Part shown: positions 48,466 through 59,403 of the stretch, piece after piece
Numbering within the stretch: the first letter of the stretch is position 1
Layout: each line of letters begins with the position of its first letter
Assembly (NCBI GenBank): GCA_963799485.1
Contig: CAWCXJ010000013.1
Coordinates: 192,001 to 256,000, forward strand
DNA: 64,000 nt
DNA from: an uncultured Trueperaceae bacterium
GTDB taxonomy: Bacteria > Deinococcota > Deinococci > Deinococcales > Trueperaceae
Direction: 5' to 3'
Made by a program: the position numbers and the translations under genes
Notes under the pieces: model-generated
Database searches by the model: none
What the model saw: only the letters and a program-made list of their open reading frames with translations
Told to the model about the DNA's origin: nothing

Positions 48466-48717
48466 ATGAAACTAAGCAAGCTGCAACGTGAAAAACACAG
48501 AGACGCGGCGAAAGAGCTGATTGCGCGCCTCGAGCACCGTCTCGTGTCTGCGCCACCTGCCAAACCACACGACAGGCTCAGCGAGCGGGTCGGCGTGTGC
48601 AAACAGCAGTTGGGTCACAATCTGCGCGACGGTGAGCTCATAAAGCTCAACCTCGAGCTTGCCGAACTCTTTTACCGGAGCAACAACGCCGACAAACGCA
48701 AACGGCTTTCGCGCTAG
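48466..48717 (+). CDS. Small basic hypothetical protein
   Basis: 83-aa helical-looking ORF with GGGGG upstream. Confidence 0.55.
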   Translation: MKLSKLQREKHRDAAKELIARLEHRLVSAPPAKPHDRLSERVGVCKQQLGHNLRDGELIKLNLELAELFYRSNNADKRKRLSR

Positions 48718-49289
48718 ACCCGACTTAACCGACTAAAACGCATGATGTGTAGCTTTTGACATGTAGCCTTGTCACGCGCTATAAGTGGCACCGAATCACA
48801 TTTGTTTATGGCTCTATTTGGAGAGCGCGTGGCTGCGACTTTGCTGGAGGGTGTTTGAGAAGTAAGACCCGGCTTTTCCGGTTGTCAAAACCGAGCTGTC
48901 AACCTTTTGAGCAGCACTAACGCCGGCGAATTCGCGCATATTTTTGAGGCTTCGACCGCCGAAGGTAATACGTCGGGAAAAAGTGAACTCCAAAACACCC
49001 GCTACTACCAAAAGGTTGACTTTCGGTCAGTGAATATTGGAAGTGCTACATGTACTAGCCGGTAAATAGTACCCGACCAAACGCCCTGAAGCGTTACTAA
49101 AGGCGTTTACCAGCACTTTCGCAACGGTGGCAGGTCGAACGGGCGCGTTTTGACGCGTGCAGAGTTGACCGGACCGAACGCGCCCCACGTCGAGCCGGGC
49201 TCCGAATAGCCGCGGCTACAGCGAACAAACCGTACCGGGTTAAGCGCAGGTTTGTAGGCGTAAGGTTCTTACAACATCCCGAACTCGTT

Positions 49290-50468
49290 TTACCTTGCCT
49301 CAGCTACAACTTTTTTGTAAACCTCGCTCGTCCGCGCGGCAACCGTGCGGTAGTCGAAGCCTTCTCGCGCGTACTGCCGACACGCCGCTCGGCTCGGCAA
49401 GCTCAGGGTACCCGTAAGCGCTTCGTTTATACCTGAAACCAAGCTTTGCAGGTCACTGCCCTTAAAAACAAGATTTTTGGATAAGCCCGCGACGACTTCA
49501 GGCAAGCCCCCGACCGGCGTCACCAGGACGGGCGTCCCGGCAGCCAGCGACTCGACGGTGATAAGCCCAAAGCCTTCGTGGGCAACCGTCGGCACGACCG
49601 AAAAGTCGGCGGCGGCGTAGGTCAGCGCCAGTTTGTCGTCGGGCACAAAGCCGAGCAGCTTTACGTGTTCGGTGAGCGCCAACTTTTGAATCTGCGCCTC
49701 GAGCGCTTCTTTTAAGGGGCCGGTACCGGCGATGTAGAGCCGCACCTCCGGGTGTTTAGCGCGCAGCTCGGCAACGGCGCTGACGAGGTTTTCCAGCCCT
49801 TGCCGTTTGACAAGCCGCCGCACCGCCAAGATAATTTTGCGGTCTACAGGCCACGCGAGCGCGGCGCGCGCCTCCGGGACACTGAGGCTGGTCGCGTAGG
49901 CGGCGGTATCGACGCCGCCGGGGATGATCTCGATTTTGCCTTCGGGAACTCCATAGGTTTCGTGTAATACGGTCTTAAACGCCTGCGACAAGACGATAAA
50001 GCGTGCCGCGCGGCGATAGACGAGCGTCTCGAGTCCCTTTTTGACCTGCACGCTGAGCTTGGCTACAAAACCGGGTGACGCCTCGACTTCGCTCTCTAAC
50101 GCCCACGACCCGTGGAAATGGACGACGAGCGGAACGCTGCGGATGATATCTAAAACCGGAAAGGCGTAGAGTGCAAAATGTGCCGAGACGAGGTCGGCGG
50201 GTTCTTTGTGGAGCAGTTCCCGTAGCGCGCGCCGTAACCGGAGCCAGCGAACCGGGAGCGGCGCTGCGGCAGGGGCGAACCCGTGCACCCGGCCCGCCGA
50301 CGCCTCTGCGACCGCCGCCGAGCCGACCACGAGACCACGCGCGTAGACCCCGAACGCAAAGAGGTGCTCGAGCAAGCCGTAAAAGACGCGCTCGAGCCCC
50401 CCCGGTTTTTCGGCGAACCAGCCGGTGCCGAGTTCGACAACCCGAATTTCTTCAGCTGCAGGCTTCAT
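49290..50468 (-). CDS. GT4 glycosyltransferase
   Basis: GGLER, HFHGSW, IPGGVD, EGFGL..ESLAAG and GGLPE. Confidence 0.93.
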   Translation of the reverse strand: MKPAAEEIRVVELGTGWFAEKPGGLERVFYGLLEHLFAFGVYARGLVVGSAAVAEASAGRVHGFAPAAAPLPVRWLRLRRALRELLHKEPADLVSAHFALYAFPVLDIIRSVPLVVHFHGSWALESEVEASPGFVAKLSVQVKKGLETLVYRRAARFIVLSQAFKTVLHETYGVPEGKIEIIPGGVDTAAYATSLSVPEARAALAWPVDRKIILAVRRLVKRQGLENLVSAVAELRAKHPEVRLYIAGTGPLKEALEAQIQKLALTEHVKLLGFVPDDKLALTYAAADFSVVPTVAHEGFGLITVESLAAGTPVLVTPVGGLPEVVAGLSKNLVFKGSDLQSLVSGINEALTGTLSLPSRAACRQYAREGFDYRTVAARTSEVYKKVVAEAR

Positions 50469-51901
50469 AAGCTGTAACCCCGGTTGGCAGGTACGCTCAG
50501 CTGCACGTTTTGCTGCTCGAGCTCGGCTTGATAACGCGAAGCGAGGTACAAGCAGGGAAACACCCACAAAATCATGCCTGAAACGCCGCCCCAGGCGTTA
50601 CCGAAAGCCAGTTGAGAAATAGCGGCAACGGTAATCCCGATATACGCTGCGTCGGTCACGTTACGTGAGCGCAGACCCCCGCGTAGGGCCGCACCGAGAA
50701 GGGCCGCCGCGCCGCCGACAAAGTAGAGCGTCCCCAAAACGCCGAACGAATATAAAACCGCGATAACCCCGCTGTCCAGGTTTTGCAGCGTGGCTTTCCC
50801 GGCGCTCAGGCTGCTCGCCACGCCGGTACTCCCGAGTCCCCGACCGAGCGGATTTCCGGCGGTAAACTCCGGCAGGCTCGAGTAAAGCTCCAAACGTTCG
50901 TTAAAGCTGACGTCGCTTCCCAAATCGGTAAAACTTTGCAGGCGTTGTGATAAGAGTTCGGCAACCGGCCCCACCGTAAAAAGGGGCGCGGCAACCAAGA
51001 CGAGCAAAAAAAGCGTTCCTAGAAGCCGCGCCCGTAGCCGGAGCGGAAGGCTCGCTGCAACGACGATGAAGCCGACCAACCAGCCTGCCCAGGTCGCGCG
51101 CACAGCGGCCAGCGCGAAGCCCAAAAAGCCGGCTCCCGCGCCCAGTGCAGTCACAAAACCGCGCCCCGTAAAAACCAGCAGCAGGCCCGCCATCATCACC
51201 GCAGCGTAAGGACCGGGCGAGTTGAGAGTGCTGAAAACGCGCACCTCTTGCGGTTCGGAAACGCCGATAGACCCGAGCCCGGCGTTATCCATCCAGTAGC
51301 CGTCCCACGCGGGCAGATAAAAATACTGCACGGCGGCGTAAAGTCCCATTATCAGTAACCCCCAGACGAATACACGCCGCGTCACCTCACGAAACGCCGC
51401 GGCGTGGTGCGTGTGCGTCAGAACGTAGGCTCCGACGATAACGGGTACGCCCCAGGTCAGCAGGTCGAAGGTCGCGGTGACGGGGCCGTTATAAAGAACG
51501 CCCACACTGTAAGCGTAGAGCAGTCCGGTGGCGACAAAGCCCAGCGGCAAACGGTAAGGACGAGGCAAATAAGAAAGCCTCGAGAAAACTGCGAAAAGCG
51601 CCACGCCGGAAACCAAAAAAGGAGCCAGCATAACGAGGCTCGCTTCGGTGTAGCCAATGCGATAGTCGACCAGGCGGCGCACCTCGGGGGTTAAAAACCA
51701 GACCCACCAGGTAAAACCCAGATAGAGCGCGGGGCGACGCCAGAGCAGGAGGGCGGCGGCGAGGGTCGCTACAAGCGGATAGAGAAGCTCGACTACGGCG
51801 GCGAATGGCCCCATAAACCCCGCCGCGCCAACCCCGGCGGTGCTCAGCAGCGCAGCGTAAGCGAGTCTGTCCAGGGGGCCGGCGGGTCTTTGCACCTGCA
51901 C
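50465..51901 (-). CDS. Wzy/O-antigen-ligase-like polysaccharide polymerase
   Basis: Many TM segments; RVFSTLNSPG, S...R and PLGRGLG...DSG. Confidence 0.8.
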   Translation of the reverse strand: MQVQRPAGPLDRLAYAALLSTAGVGAAGFMGPFAAVVELLYPLVATLAAALLLWRRPALYLGFTWWVWFLTPEVRRLVDYRIGYTEASLVMLAPFLVSGVALFAVFSRLSYLPRPYRLPLGFVATGLLYAYSVGVLYNGPVTATFDLLTWGVPVIVGAYVLTHTHHAAAFREVTRRVFVWGLLIMGLYAAVQYFYLPAWDGYWMDNAGLGSIGVSEPQEVRVFSTLNSPGPYAAVMMAGLLLVFTGRGFVTALGAGAGFLGFALAAVRATWAGWLVGFIVVAASLPLRLRARLLGTLFLLVLVAAPLFTVGPVAELLSQRLQSFTDLGSDVSFNERLELYSSLPEFTAGNPLGRGLGSTGVASSLSAGKATLQNLDSGVIAVLYSFGVLGTLYFVGGAAALLGAALRGGLRSRNVTDAAYIGITVAAISQLAFGNAWGGVSGMILWVFPCLYLASRYQAELEQQNVQLSVPANRGYSL

Positions 51902-52737
51902 TAGCCCTGACCTCGCCTTAGCGGAGCGGACGTAGCACCGCCGGGAGGCTGATATTTTGCCGGTGGGTCGGGGGTAGGCGTGACGTTTTGCGCTTCCCAG
52001 AGCTTGGCGTAGCGCATAAAGTCGCTGTCGGCCTTGAGCAGCGCGTGCATGAGCCCGCGCGTCCCGAGCCGCCAGCCGCCCCTAGCCAGATAACTCCAAA
52101 AAAACCGCAAAATAGGCCGAACGATGAGGTCTACCGGGCGGGCGCGTACTCCGTTTTGGTCGAGCGCGTGAGCCTCGAGCGTCGCGTAGCGGTTAAACAG
52201 CGAGAAGTACGCGTCCATATCGAGGTCGTTCCAGTGGAGCAGCACCCCCGCGAGCGGTACCGCCCGACCGGGAAAGCGCACCTCTTCGTGAACGCTCATG
52301 GTCTCGTCGTAGGCGCTGTGCTGCCGGTTGTAAAGCCGAATAAAGTTGTCGCGTTTACTCGGTCTCGCCTCATTCGGCAGCAGCACGCCCAAGAAGTCGC
52401 CGCGCCGGTTGACCGCAAAAGCATCTTGTGGGCTGGGCTTGCCCTGCATCACGGCCCTAACCGACTCGGCTAGCTCGCGCGTTACCACCTCGTCAGCGTC
52501 TATATAAAAAATCCAGTCGTGCCGCGCGAGCTCTGCGCCCCGGTTGCGCTGCGCCGAAAACCCGAGCCAGGGCTGCTCGGCGACGCGCGCCCCTAGCGAC
52601 TCGGCAATCTCTCTTGTCGCGTCCGTGCTGCCCGAATCGATGACGAGTACCTCGTCGGCCCAGGCGACGCTGCCGACAGCGCGGGCAATCTTGTCGGCTT
52701 CGTTTTTGGTCATGATTACAGCAGAAAGTTCCGGCAC
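51901..52737 (-). CDS. GT2 glycosyltransferase
   Basis: TKNE, DSGSTD, QRN, IDADE and VHE. Confidence 0.92.
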   Translation of the reverse strand: MPELSAVIMTKNEADKIARAVGSVAWADEVLVIDSGSTDATREIAESLGARVAEQPWLGFSAQRNRGAELARHDWIFYIDADEVVTRELAESVRAVMQGKPSPQDAFAVNRRGDFLGVLLPNEARPSKRDNFIRLYNRQHSAYDETMSVHEEVRFPGRAVPLAGVLLHWNDLDMDAYFSLFNRYATLEAHALDQNGVRARPVDLIVRPILRFFWSYLARGGWRLGTRGLMHALLKADSDFMRYAKLWEAQNVTPTPDPPAKYQPPGGATSAPLRRGQG

Positions 52738-52740
52738 GTG

Positions 52741-53871
52741 CTACTCCTGTCTGGCATTGTCTGGATTTAGCGAAAGTCGGCTCTCACCTTTCGTGGCAAT
52801 TTCAGCCGGGGCCAGTCGTGCCGCGATAAAGCGTCCCAAAACCGCTTCGGAGCAGCGGGTCTGCCAGTAACTTAGAGCTTCTTGGTGTAACCGCTCGAGC
52901 TTTTCGGAATCACCGAGGAGCTCGTCAACAACTCCTTCCAGATTGCTCCAGCTGTCGATCTGCACCGCGGGCAAACTGTCGTAATACCAACGTTTGGGTA
53001 GCTGCTCACAGATGGCAATACAACCGTAGCGGACGGCTTCAAACAAACGAAAGGTTTCAAGCGACGAACCGCGCGGTACCAAACAGATTTTAGTGTCCAT
53101 CAGCCTGCTCGAGTAGCGGTTTTTTTCGTTCTCCAAGGGTTGTCCGCCAGTAAGCAGGTTGCCGGTAAACTGCTCCGTACCTTGAAGGTAAACATTGCGG
53201 TCGGGCCGTTTTTGTTGCAGTGCGCGCGCACTTTCTAGCATCTGTTCGCGCGCTACGGCCTTAGGCGAGCGGAGCCAGTACTTGAGTGAACGCTTGCTGG
53301 GCAGCTCATTATTGACGCTGCCCATAAAGCAAACGTCGGTGGTGCGGTCTTTAAGGGGCATAACAGGTAACGCCTGCTGGTTTGCATAACCCAGCGGGAT
53401 GATATAGGTTTTCGTCGGATAGTTGTGCCCCCGCAATCTGCTAACCAGATAGTGCAGCCGACCGGGTAGGCCGATAAGATGCAGTCTCAAAAACTGAACG
53501 CCGGAGATGATGTTGCTGTAAGTTATTCCGTTGGTGAGGTTTCCTGTATACGTCGGCCAATTTGCGTGAGAACGAAAAACGGCTCTAACTCTACCTAGAT
53601 AGTGCGGAAAACGGCACCACTCGTCGCCCATAAGTACAACGACAACCTTGTCTCCATAGGTGGGGAGTTTATCGACGTTCCAGGTTACGTAAAAAGTTAG
53701 ATTCTTGAGCTCTGATTGTTCTACCGTTTGAAAAGCGCCGGCTAGATAATCGATTTCAATAAACTTTGGATACTCACTTGCTTGATAAGCAAACGGGTTT
53801 AACGGAAGCGCTTTGTACTGACCGGGCAGGCAGACAAAGAAGCGATTAGATAAAGTAGTAGGCTCCGGCAT
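52741..53871 (-). CDS. Exostosin/GT47-like glycosyltransferase
   Basis: KICLVPRG..ETFRLFEA...GCI. Visibly more AT-rich than its neighbours. Confidence 0.7.
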   Translation of the reverse strand: MPEPTTLSNRFFVCLPGQYKALPLNPFAYQASEYPKFIEIDYLAGAFQTVEQSELKNLTFYVTWNVDKLPTYGDKVVVVLMGDEWCRFPHYLGRVRAVFRSHANWPTYTGNLTNGITYSNIISGVQFLRLHLIGLPGRLHYLVSRLRGHNYPTKTYIIPLGYANQQALPVMPLKDRTTDVCFMGSVNNELPSKRSLKYWLRSPKAVAREQMLESARALQQKRPDRNVYLQGTEQFTGNLLTGGQPLENEKNRYSSRLMDTKICLVPRGSSLETFRLFEAVRYGCIAICEQLPKRWYYDSLPAVQIDSWSNLEGVVDELLGDSEKLERLHQEALSYWQTRCSEAVLGRFIAARLAPAEIATKGESRLSLNPDNARQE

Positions 53872-53877
53872 AGGCTT

Positions 53878-55221
53878 CTAACCGACGCCCCGACTTACTA
53901 AAGACTGCACAACCTGTTTCATATCTCGAAAATCCTCGAGGTTGAGCCACAAACGCGGCGGCGGAACCTTAAGTACGCGCGGAAAAGCAGCGATGATCAG
54001 CAGCAGCCTGACCAGTGAGGTGACAAGCAGAGACGTTCCTGCGCCCATAAGTCCAAACGCCGGTACGAGTACGAGTAAAAGCGGCAAGTTCAGCAGTATC
54101 CCGACACCTTGCAGCGTCGTGATAAAGCCGGGTCGGTCGGTTGCCATAAACGCTTGGGCCAAAACACTGCCGGTTCCTTCAAAGATTGTTACCGCAATAA
54201 GGAGGCGCATCAGGTTTGCGCCGCCGCGAAATTCGGGGCCGTAAAGAAACTCCAGCGCCCAGGGGCCGAGCACGCCCAACACCAGTGCCGAGGCGACAGT
54301 AACAGCTGTGCTGATACGGGTCGTGCGACCCGCCATAGCGACCGCTTCTGCTGCCGAGAGTCCTGCGGCTTGAGGAAAGAGTACCGTGATAACGGCGCTT
54401 TGAAAGATGTTTAGCATGTTAGCAAGGCTTAGTGAAACGACGTAGAGGCCCATGCTCGAGGCGCTCAAAAGACCGACGACGAGCGCCTTGTCAAGTTGTA
54501 AAGACAACGCGCCCAACAGGTCGATCCCGTAAGAGCGCGCACCATACGAAACAAGGTTTTTTGTCGTCTGCCCGAGCCCCGTCCATACAGGCTTGTAGGC
54601 GCGCCATATTTGACCAAACAACCACGCTGAGATAGGCAGACTTGGAACCAAGTAACAGAGCGTAGCGCTAAACGGCGTTAGCCAGCCGAGCAGGGCCAAA
54701 GTTAGAAGCGCCGCCACGGTAGCTGCAGGGCGTAAAAAACGAATGACATTAAAGAGCGCGTAATTCCCTTTGGCTCTAAGTGCTGAAGAAAAGATTTCGT
54801 CCAGCAGCACGGCAGGCGCAAAAAACATCAAGATTTTTGCGCTGCTGATGACCGCGGCGTTATGTTGAGCGAGCCAAAGCGGAATAAACGTGAGGCCTAC
54901 GGCGATGGCTACAGCTCCCGCCAACAATCCTGAGACAACCGAAGCTGCGAACAGCTTCGGTGCGTGCTCCGGCGTTTTCTTGAGGTTGTAGACGAGCGCT
55001 GAAGGTAGTCCCAAGGTAAACGCCTGCGCTAAAAAGAGGGGCCAGACCCCCATCGCTTCTTGCTCGCCGCGCCCTGCCACCCCTAAAAACCGAGCGGTGA
55101 TAACGCCGGTGAGAAGGTTGATAAACAAGATGACGACGCTAATCAGCAGTGTCTGAACCGAGGCGGCGAACATGCCCTTCCCCTGAACGAACACCCCGGC
55201 AGCGCGAAAGAGCCTAGTCAT
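53878..55221 (-). CDS. Wzx-type polysaccharide flippase
   Basis: ARFLG..GRG, LGLP, D..VVG.L....GLY, LYG.EF and FG..GA. Confidence 0.88.
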   Translation of the reverse strand: MTRLFRAAGVFVQGKGMFAASVQTLLISVVILFINLLTGVITARFLGVAGRGEQEAMGVWPLFLAQAFTLGLPSALVYNLKKTPEHAPKLFAASVVSGLLAGAVAIAVGLTFIPLWLAQHNAAVISSAKILMFFAPAVLLDEIFSSALRAKGNYALFNVIRFLRPAATVAALLTLALLGWLTPFSATLCYLVPSLPISAWLFGQIWRAYKPVWTGLGQTTKNLVSYGARSYGIDLLGALSLQLDKALVVGLLSASSMGLYVVSLSLANMLNIFQSAVITVLFPQAAGLSAAEAVAMAGRTTRISTAVTVASALVLGVLGPWALEFLYGPEFRGGANLMRLLIAVTIFEGTGSVLAQAFMATDRPGFITTLQGVGILLNLPLLLVLVPAFGLMGAGTSLLVTSLVRLLLIIAAFPRVLKVPPPRLWLNLEDFRDMKQVVQSLVSRGVG

Positions 55222-55364
55222 AACTCGTTATAAAGAGCAGACAAAGAGCCGCTGCTCAGGTATTGGGCTTGTAAAAAACGTATAACGAATAGACACCGCA
55301 ACCATCTTTCTTAAAACGTATTTGGGCTCACCTTAACGGTGCACGACCAGGACGAACACAAGCG

Positions 55365-56543
55365 CTACTCGGTCAGGGTCACCCGCATCCCCGCGCGCAA
55401 GTTGGGCGGCACCGGATAGATGACGCGGGCACCCTCCGAGATACCCAGGACGGCAACCTGAGCGTCGATCTCACCGATGACTTCGACCTCACGCCGGACG
55501 GCAGCGCCCCCTTCGACGACGTAGACGAATCTGCGACCGGGCCCCCGCTGCACTGCGCCGCTCGGTAAGATGATACCGCCGGCGTCGGCGTAGCGGTACG
55601 AGAGCTGGGCGCGGCTCCCGTTCGGAATCGGCTTTGGTGAGGGTTTTAGGCGTGCCGTCACGGTAACGAGCTGCGTTCTGGGGTTGAGCGCACTCGCCGT
55701 GAGAACCTCTGCCGTGTAAGGGTTTCCGGCAAAGGCAAACCTGAGATTGCCTTCGGCGCTAAACTGCTCGGCTACGGGGAGCGGAACCTCAAACGTGACG
55801 AGTTGTTGCTCGGTCGAAGCGACGCTGAAAACAGGAGCCCCCTCGCCGACGAACGCACCCTGTTCGACCACCATCTTGGTGATCACGCCGGTCAGGGGCG
55901 AGGTGATATTGGCCCGGTTCAGCGCCTCTTGTGCCTGGGCCAAGTTCGCCTGCGCCTGCTCGACTTGAAGTTGCAAGAGTTCGACGCTGCCCGCATCGGT
56001 CGCCTGGGTCAGCGTCGCTCTGGCTTGACCGAGCGCGGTTTCGGCAGCTAAAAAGGCGCTCTCGGCAGCGTTTAGCTCGGTCTTGGCGAGCGCGCCGATG
56101 TTGAACAAGTCTTGCGCCTCGAGGTAATCGCTTCTTGCAGCTTCGTAGCTCGCTTCGGCGGCGCGCACGGCGAGTTCGGCCTGCGTCTTCTGGCTCTGCG
56201 CCGTGGCGGTGGCGCTGCTTAAATTGACCTGGGCGCTCGAGAGGACGAACTGGGCGTCTTGTACGGCGCGCGTCAGCGCCTCTGTGCCGAGCTGCACGAC
56301 GACTTCCCCGGCCTCGACAGCGGTGTCTTGGCGTTTGGTCACGGCGAGTACCTGCCCGTTTGTTTCAGCCGTGACCGTAACCTCTTGTTCGGGGCCGATA
56401 ACCGCTGAGGTGGTGCGCGCCCGGCTGAGTTTGCCGAGCGTCGCTTCGACGACCCCGACCGTGCGCGCGGGCTGCGCGTAAGCGGGGCTCCACACCAGTA
56501 GCAGGGTGCTCAACACGGTGCCGAGGACGCGCGCGAGACGCAT
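55365..56543 (-). CDS. Periplasmic adaptor (membrane fusion) protein
   Basis: Lipoyl halves (AETNGQV..V.AGE; ITSPLTGVI) flanking a long alpha-hairpin. Cleavable-looking signal peptide AYA-Q. Confidence 0.88.
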   Translation of the reverse strand: MRLARVLGTVLSTLLLVWSPAYAQPARTVGVVEATLGKLSRARTTSAVIGPEQEVTVTAETNGQVLAVTKRQDTAVEAGEVVVQLGTEALTRAVQDAQFVLSSAQVNLSSATATAQSQKTQAELAVRAAEASYEAARSDYLEAQDLFNIGALAKTELNAAESAFLAAETALGQARATLTQATDAGSVELLQLQVEQAQANLAQAQEALNRANITSPLTGVITKMVVEQGAFVGEGAPVFSVASTEQQLVTFEVPLPVAEQFSAEGNLRFAFAGNPYTAEVLTASALNPRTQLVTVTARLKPSPKPIPNGSRAQLSYRYADAGGIILPSGAVQRGPGRRFVYVVEGGAAVRREVEVIGEIDAQVAVLGISEGARVIYPVPPNLRAGMRVTLTE

Positions 56544-57634
56544 CAGTTGGCCCCGTTGCCGGCGCTGGGAACAGCGGGGACGCCGAGCGGCCAGAGTTCG
56601 GTCGCTGCCGCCGCCTGCAACTCGAATACGGCGGTGACGTAGGCGTGCTTGGCGCGGAGCAGCTCGAGCCGGGCGTTCGTGGCGGTGTACTCGCTCTGGC
56701 GCAGCTCGAGGTCGGAAATAAGCCCCCGTGAAAAGCGGTCTTGCTGCAAGCTCAGCCGTGACCTAGCCGCCTGCGCCGCCGACTTCTGGGCGCGGTAGAG
56801 CGCTTGCGCCGCCGTAGTCTGGGCGTAGAGCGTGCGAAGTTGCGCGTTTTGGGTTCGCACCGTTTCGGCGAGGCTGACCTGCGCGGCCCCAAGCGCGGTC
56901 TGGGCGGCCTCGATCTCACGCGCCGAGCTGTAGCTCGGGTCGAGCAGGCCGTTTTGCAAGCGGGCGAGTACCAACGCTTGCTGCACCCCTAGAAACGTCG
57001 GGGTCGCGCTGGCCTGCTGCAAAACCTGCGTAACAGCCGGTAGCGGCTTTTCGGCGGCTGCTTCGGGGATGGGCTCGAGCGGCTCCGTTTCACTCCCCTC
57101 GGGTAGTAGCGCCTGCAAGCTCGAGCGGCTCAGCGTAAGCGTCTCTTCGGCAGCGGCGCGTGTGGCCCTAGCAACGTTTAGGTCGGCCTCGGCCTCACGC
57201 ACCTCGAGTTCGGTCACGCTGCCGCGCTGAAAGCGAATTCGCGCGACCTCGAGCAGCCGTCGGCTCAGCGCTTCGTTTTCGCGTGCAGCCTCGGTCTCGA
57301 GTTCGGCCTGAAGCTGCGCGGTGTAGGCTTGCCCAAGTTCGCTCAGTGCGGTGTAAAGGGCCTGACGCGCCCTTGCCCGGCTCAGCTCGAGACGCTGCGC
57401 GGCCTGTATTTTTTCAAGTGTGAGGGCGAAGGGGTCGGCTTCGGTGCGCGCCAGGTCGTCACGGGCACCTGCAATCTCGAGCTGCGCCGCTGCGACGGCG
57501 GGGCGTTCGGTCGCGCTCTGCAACGCGTCGGTCAGAGAATAGGCGAGTACGCCCGAACTCAAACTCCAGAGCCCCAGGACGAGGGGCAGATAGCGCAACC
57601 TGTTAAAAGCCGGGCTGAGGGTAGCTACGTTCAC
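56543..57634 (-). CDS. TolC-family outer-membrane protein
   Basis: Signal peptide and repeated RFQRG..TELEV / RFSRG..SDLEL OEP motifs. Confidence 0.8.
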   Translation of the reverse strand: MNVATLSPAFNRLRYLPLVLGLWSLSSGVLAYSLTDALQSATERPAVAAAQLEIAGARDDLARTEADPFALTLEKIQAAQRLELSRARARQALYTALSELGQAYTAQLQAELETEAARENEALSRRLLEVARIRFQRGSVTELEVREAEADLNVARATRAAAEETLTLSRSSLQALLPEGSETEPLEPIPEAAAEKPLPAVTQVLQQASATPTFLGVQQALVLARLQNGLLDPSYSSAREIEAAQTALGAAQVSLAETVRTQNAQLRTLYAQTTAAQALYRAQKSAAQAARSRLSLQQDRFSRGLISDLELRQSEYTATNARLELLRAKHAYVTAVFELQAAAATELWPLGVPAVPSAGNGAN

Positions 57635-58968
57635 GGTTTCTCCAAATCCGGGGTTGCCGAGGGGGTCGGGGTTGCGGCGGCTGGCGCAGACAGTGCCGGC
57701 GACAGCGGCAGGCCGAAAAACCTGTAGAGGTCGAGGAGGGCCGCAGCTGCGTCACGGCGGGCGTCGCGGAGTTCAAAACCGGTTTCAGCGAGGGCGACGG
57801 CGGCAACCTGGGTCTCGAGCGGGGTTCCGGCTCCCAGCGTTTCGCGCCTGCGTACCTCGCGCAAGTTCTGCTCCGCGTTGCGAAAAACGAGTGCGGCCAG
57901 CGCTTCGTCGCGTTGGACTTCGGCTAGGCGGGTACGGAGCTGGGCTGTGGTCGTCGCTGCGTTTTGCTGCGCCGCCCTTAAAGACGCCTCGGCTGAACGC
58001 GCCAATGCGCTCAGGCGGGTCACGTTGTCGAACTGTTCGGGGGCCAGGGTCGCTGAAACCCGCAGTGAAAGCTGCGGGGCCTCACCGTAGCCGTTAAAGT
58101 CGTAACTGTAGCCGACGCGTGGTGCCAGATCGCTCGAGCTGATCGACGCCGACAGCCGGTTTTGCGCCGACACGTCGTAAGCATAGGTCAGGTCGGCAAC
58201 CGGATAAAAGGGGCGCGTCGCACCCGCTTGGCCGATCTGCGCCGCCGCTAGCTCGAGCTCGGCGCGGCGCACCGTAGGCGGCACAAGCGCTTTGCCCGGC
58301 GTGGTGAGCCCCGGCAGCGCCCCGAGTTGCACGTCGCCGACGAGACTACTCAAGGTCGCGCGGGCGAGTTTTACGTCGGCTTCGGCGCTCAAGACGAGGT
58401 TTTGCGCCCTTTGCCGTCCGGCGTCCGCGCTTCGCAACTCGGCGGGCGTCGCCAGACCCCGACCGAAACGGAGCTGCGTCGCCCTATAGCTCGCTGCAGC
58501 AGCCTCGGCGGCGCTGCGCGCAAGTCTCAGCGAGCTCCGGCTGAGCGTCAGCGCCAGGGCGTTTTCAAATGCTCTCGCCTCAAGCTGCGCGCGCACCTCC
58601 CGCCGGTCTAGCCGGGCCCGCTCGAGGTCGATTTCACGCAGCCGCACCACGTCACCGGGCTGCCCGTAACGAAACGGGTAGGCGGTAACGCCGACGCCGA
58701 TACGTGTGTCGGCAAAGGGCGTAAGCTCCGCTGCGGGCGCGTTCGCGGCGACATTTACGTCCAGGGCTACAGGGTTAAGAGCTTGCGCCAGGCCCGCTCT
58801 AGCGGCCTCTACCGCCGCGTCTGCAGCCTCGAGTTCGGGGCGGGTCGCGAGCGCTCCCAAAAACTGTGTCGGCGTAACGCTGCTGGCCTCAGCTAAGCCT
58901 GCGCCTATTAAACACAGCCACATAAGCGCCACAGTTCGTCCCCACTGTCTTGCTCGTTTTACCTGCAT
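57631..58968 (-). CDS. TolC-family outer-membrane protein
   Basis: Signal peptide (AEA-S), RFGRGLAT and RETLGAGT repeats, beta-strand segments. The track start is 59013. Confidence 0.8.
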   Translation of the reverse strand: MQVKRARQWGRTVALMWLCLIGAGLAEASSVTPTQFLGALATRPELEAADAAVEAARAGLAQALNPVALDVNVAANAPAAELTPFADTRIGVGVTAYPFRYGQPGDVVRLREIDLERARLDRREVRAQLEARAFENALALTLSRSSLRLARSAAEAAAASYRATQLRFGRGLATPAELRSADAGRQRAQNLVLSAEADVKLARATLSSLVGDVQLGALPGLTTPGKALVPPTVRRAELELAAAQIGQAGATRPFYPVADLTYAYDVSAQNRLSASISSSDLAPRVGYSYDFNGYGEAPQLSLRVSATLAPEQFDNVTRLSALARSAEASLRAAQQNAATTTAQLRTRLAEVQRDEALAALVFRNAEQNLREVRRRETLGAGTPLETQVAAVALAETGFELRDARRDAAAALLDLYRFFGLPLSPALSAPAAATPTPSATPDLEKP

Positions 58969-59403
58969 AGAGGTTCTGTCCACTGTTCTAGCCACATAGT
59001 CGTATCGTGCCACAGATTATGTCCTGTCCCGGTAAAATTGTCCGCATTGAGCCTTACCCCTGTGTTGTACGTAGCGGCCTTCAGCTCCAAGTTAAACCTA
59101 GCAGGTATTACATTTGTATTGGTTAGAGGGGCAATGCTGGTTAGAGATAAAAGGTAGAGCCAACGCAGCTGACTGCACTAACAGCGCGGACCGTTACAGT
59201 TACTTGGGACAGGTCCCAAGTACGTTCAAGTTGCGTTTAAGTAAGGTGGTACAATCACCACTCAAGCAAGGAGAAACCACCCCGTGGAAGACCGTTTGCG
59301 TTCAAGTAAGCTTATACAGTCACCGCGGTTCGGCTCGAGGGTCTATAAGACTGAACGAAAAGCGGCGCAGATCAGGTCTGCGCCGCACTACCGTAAACCT
59401 GCC

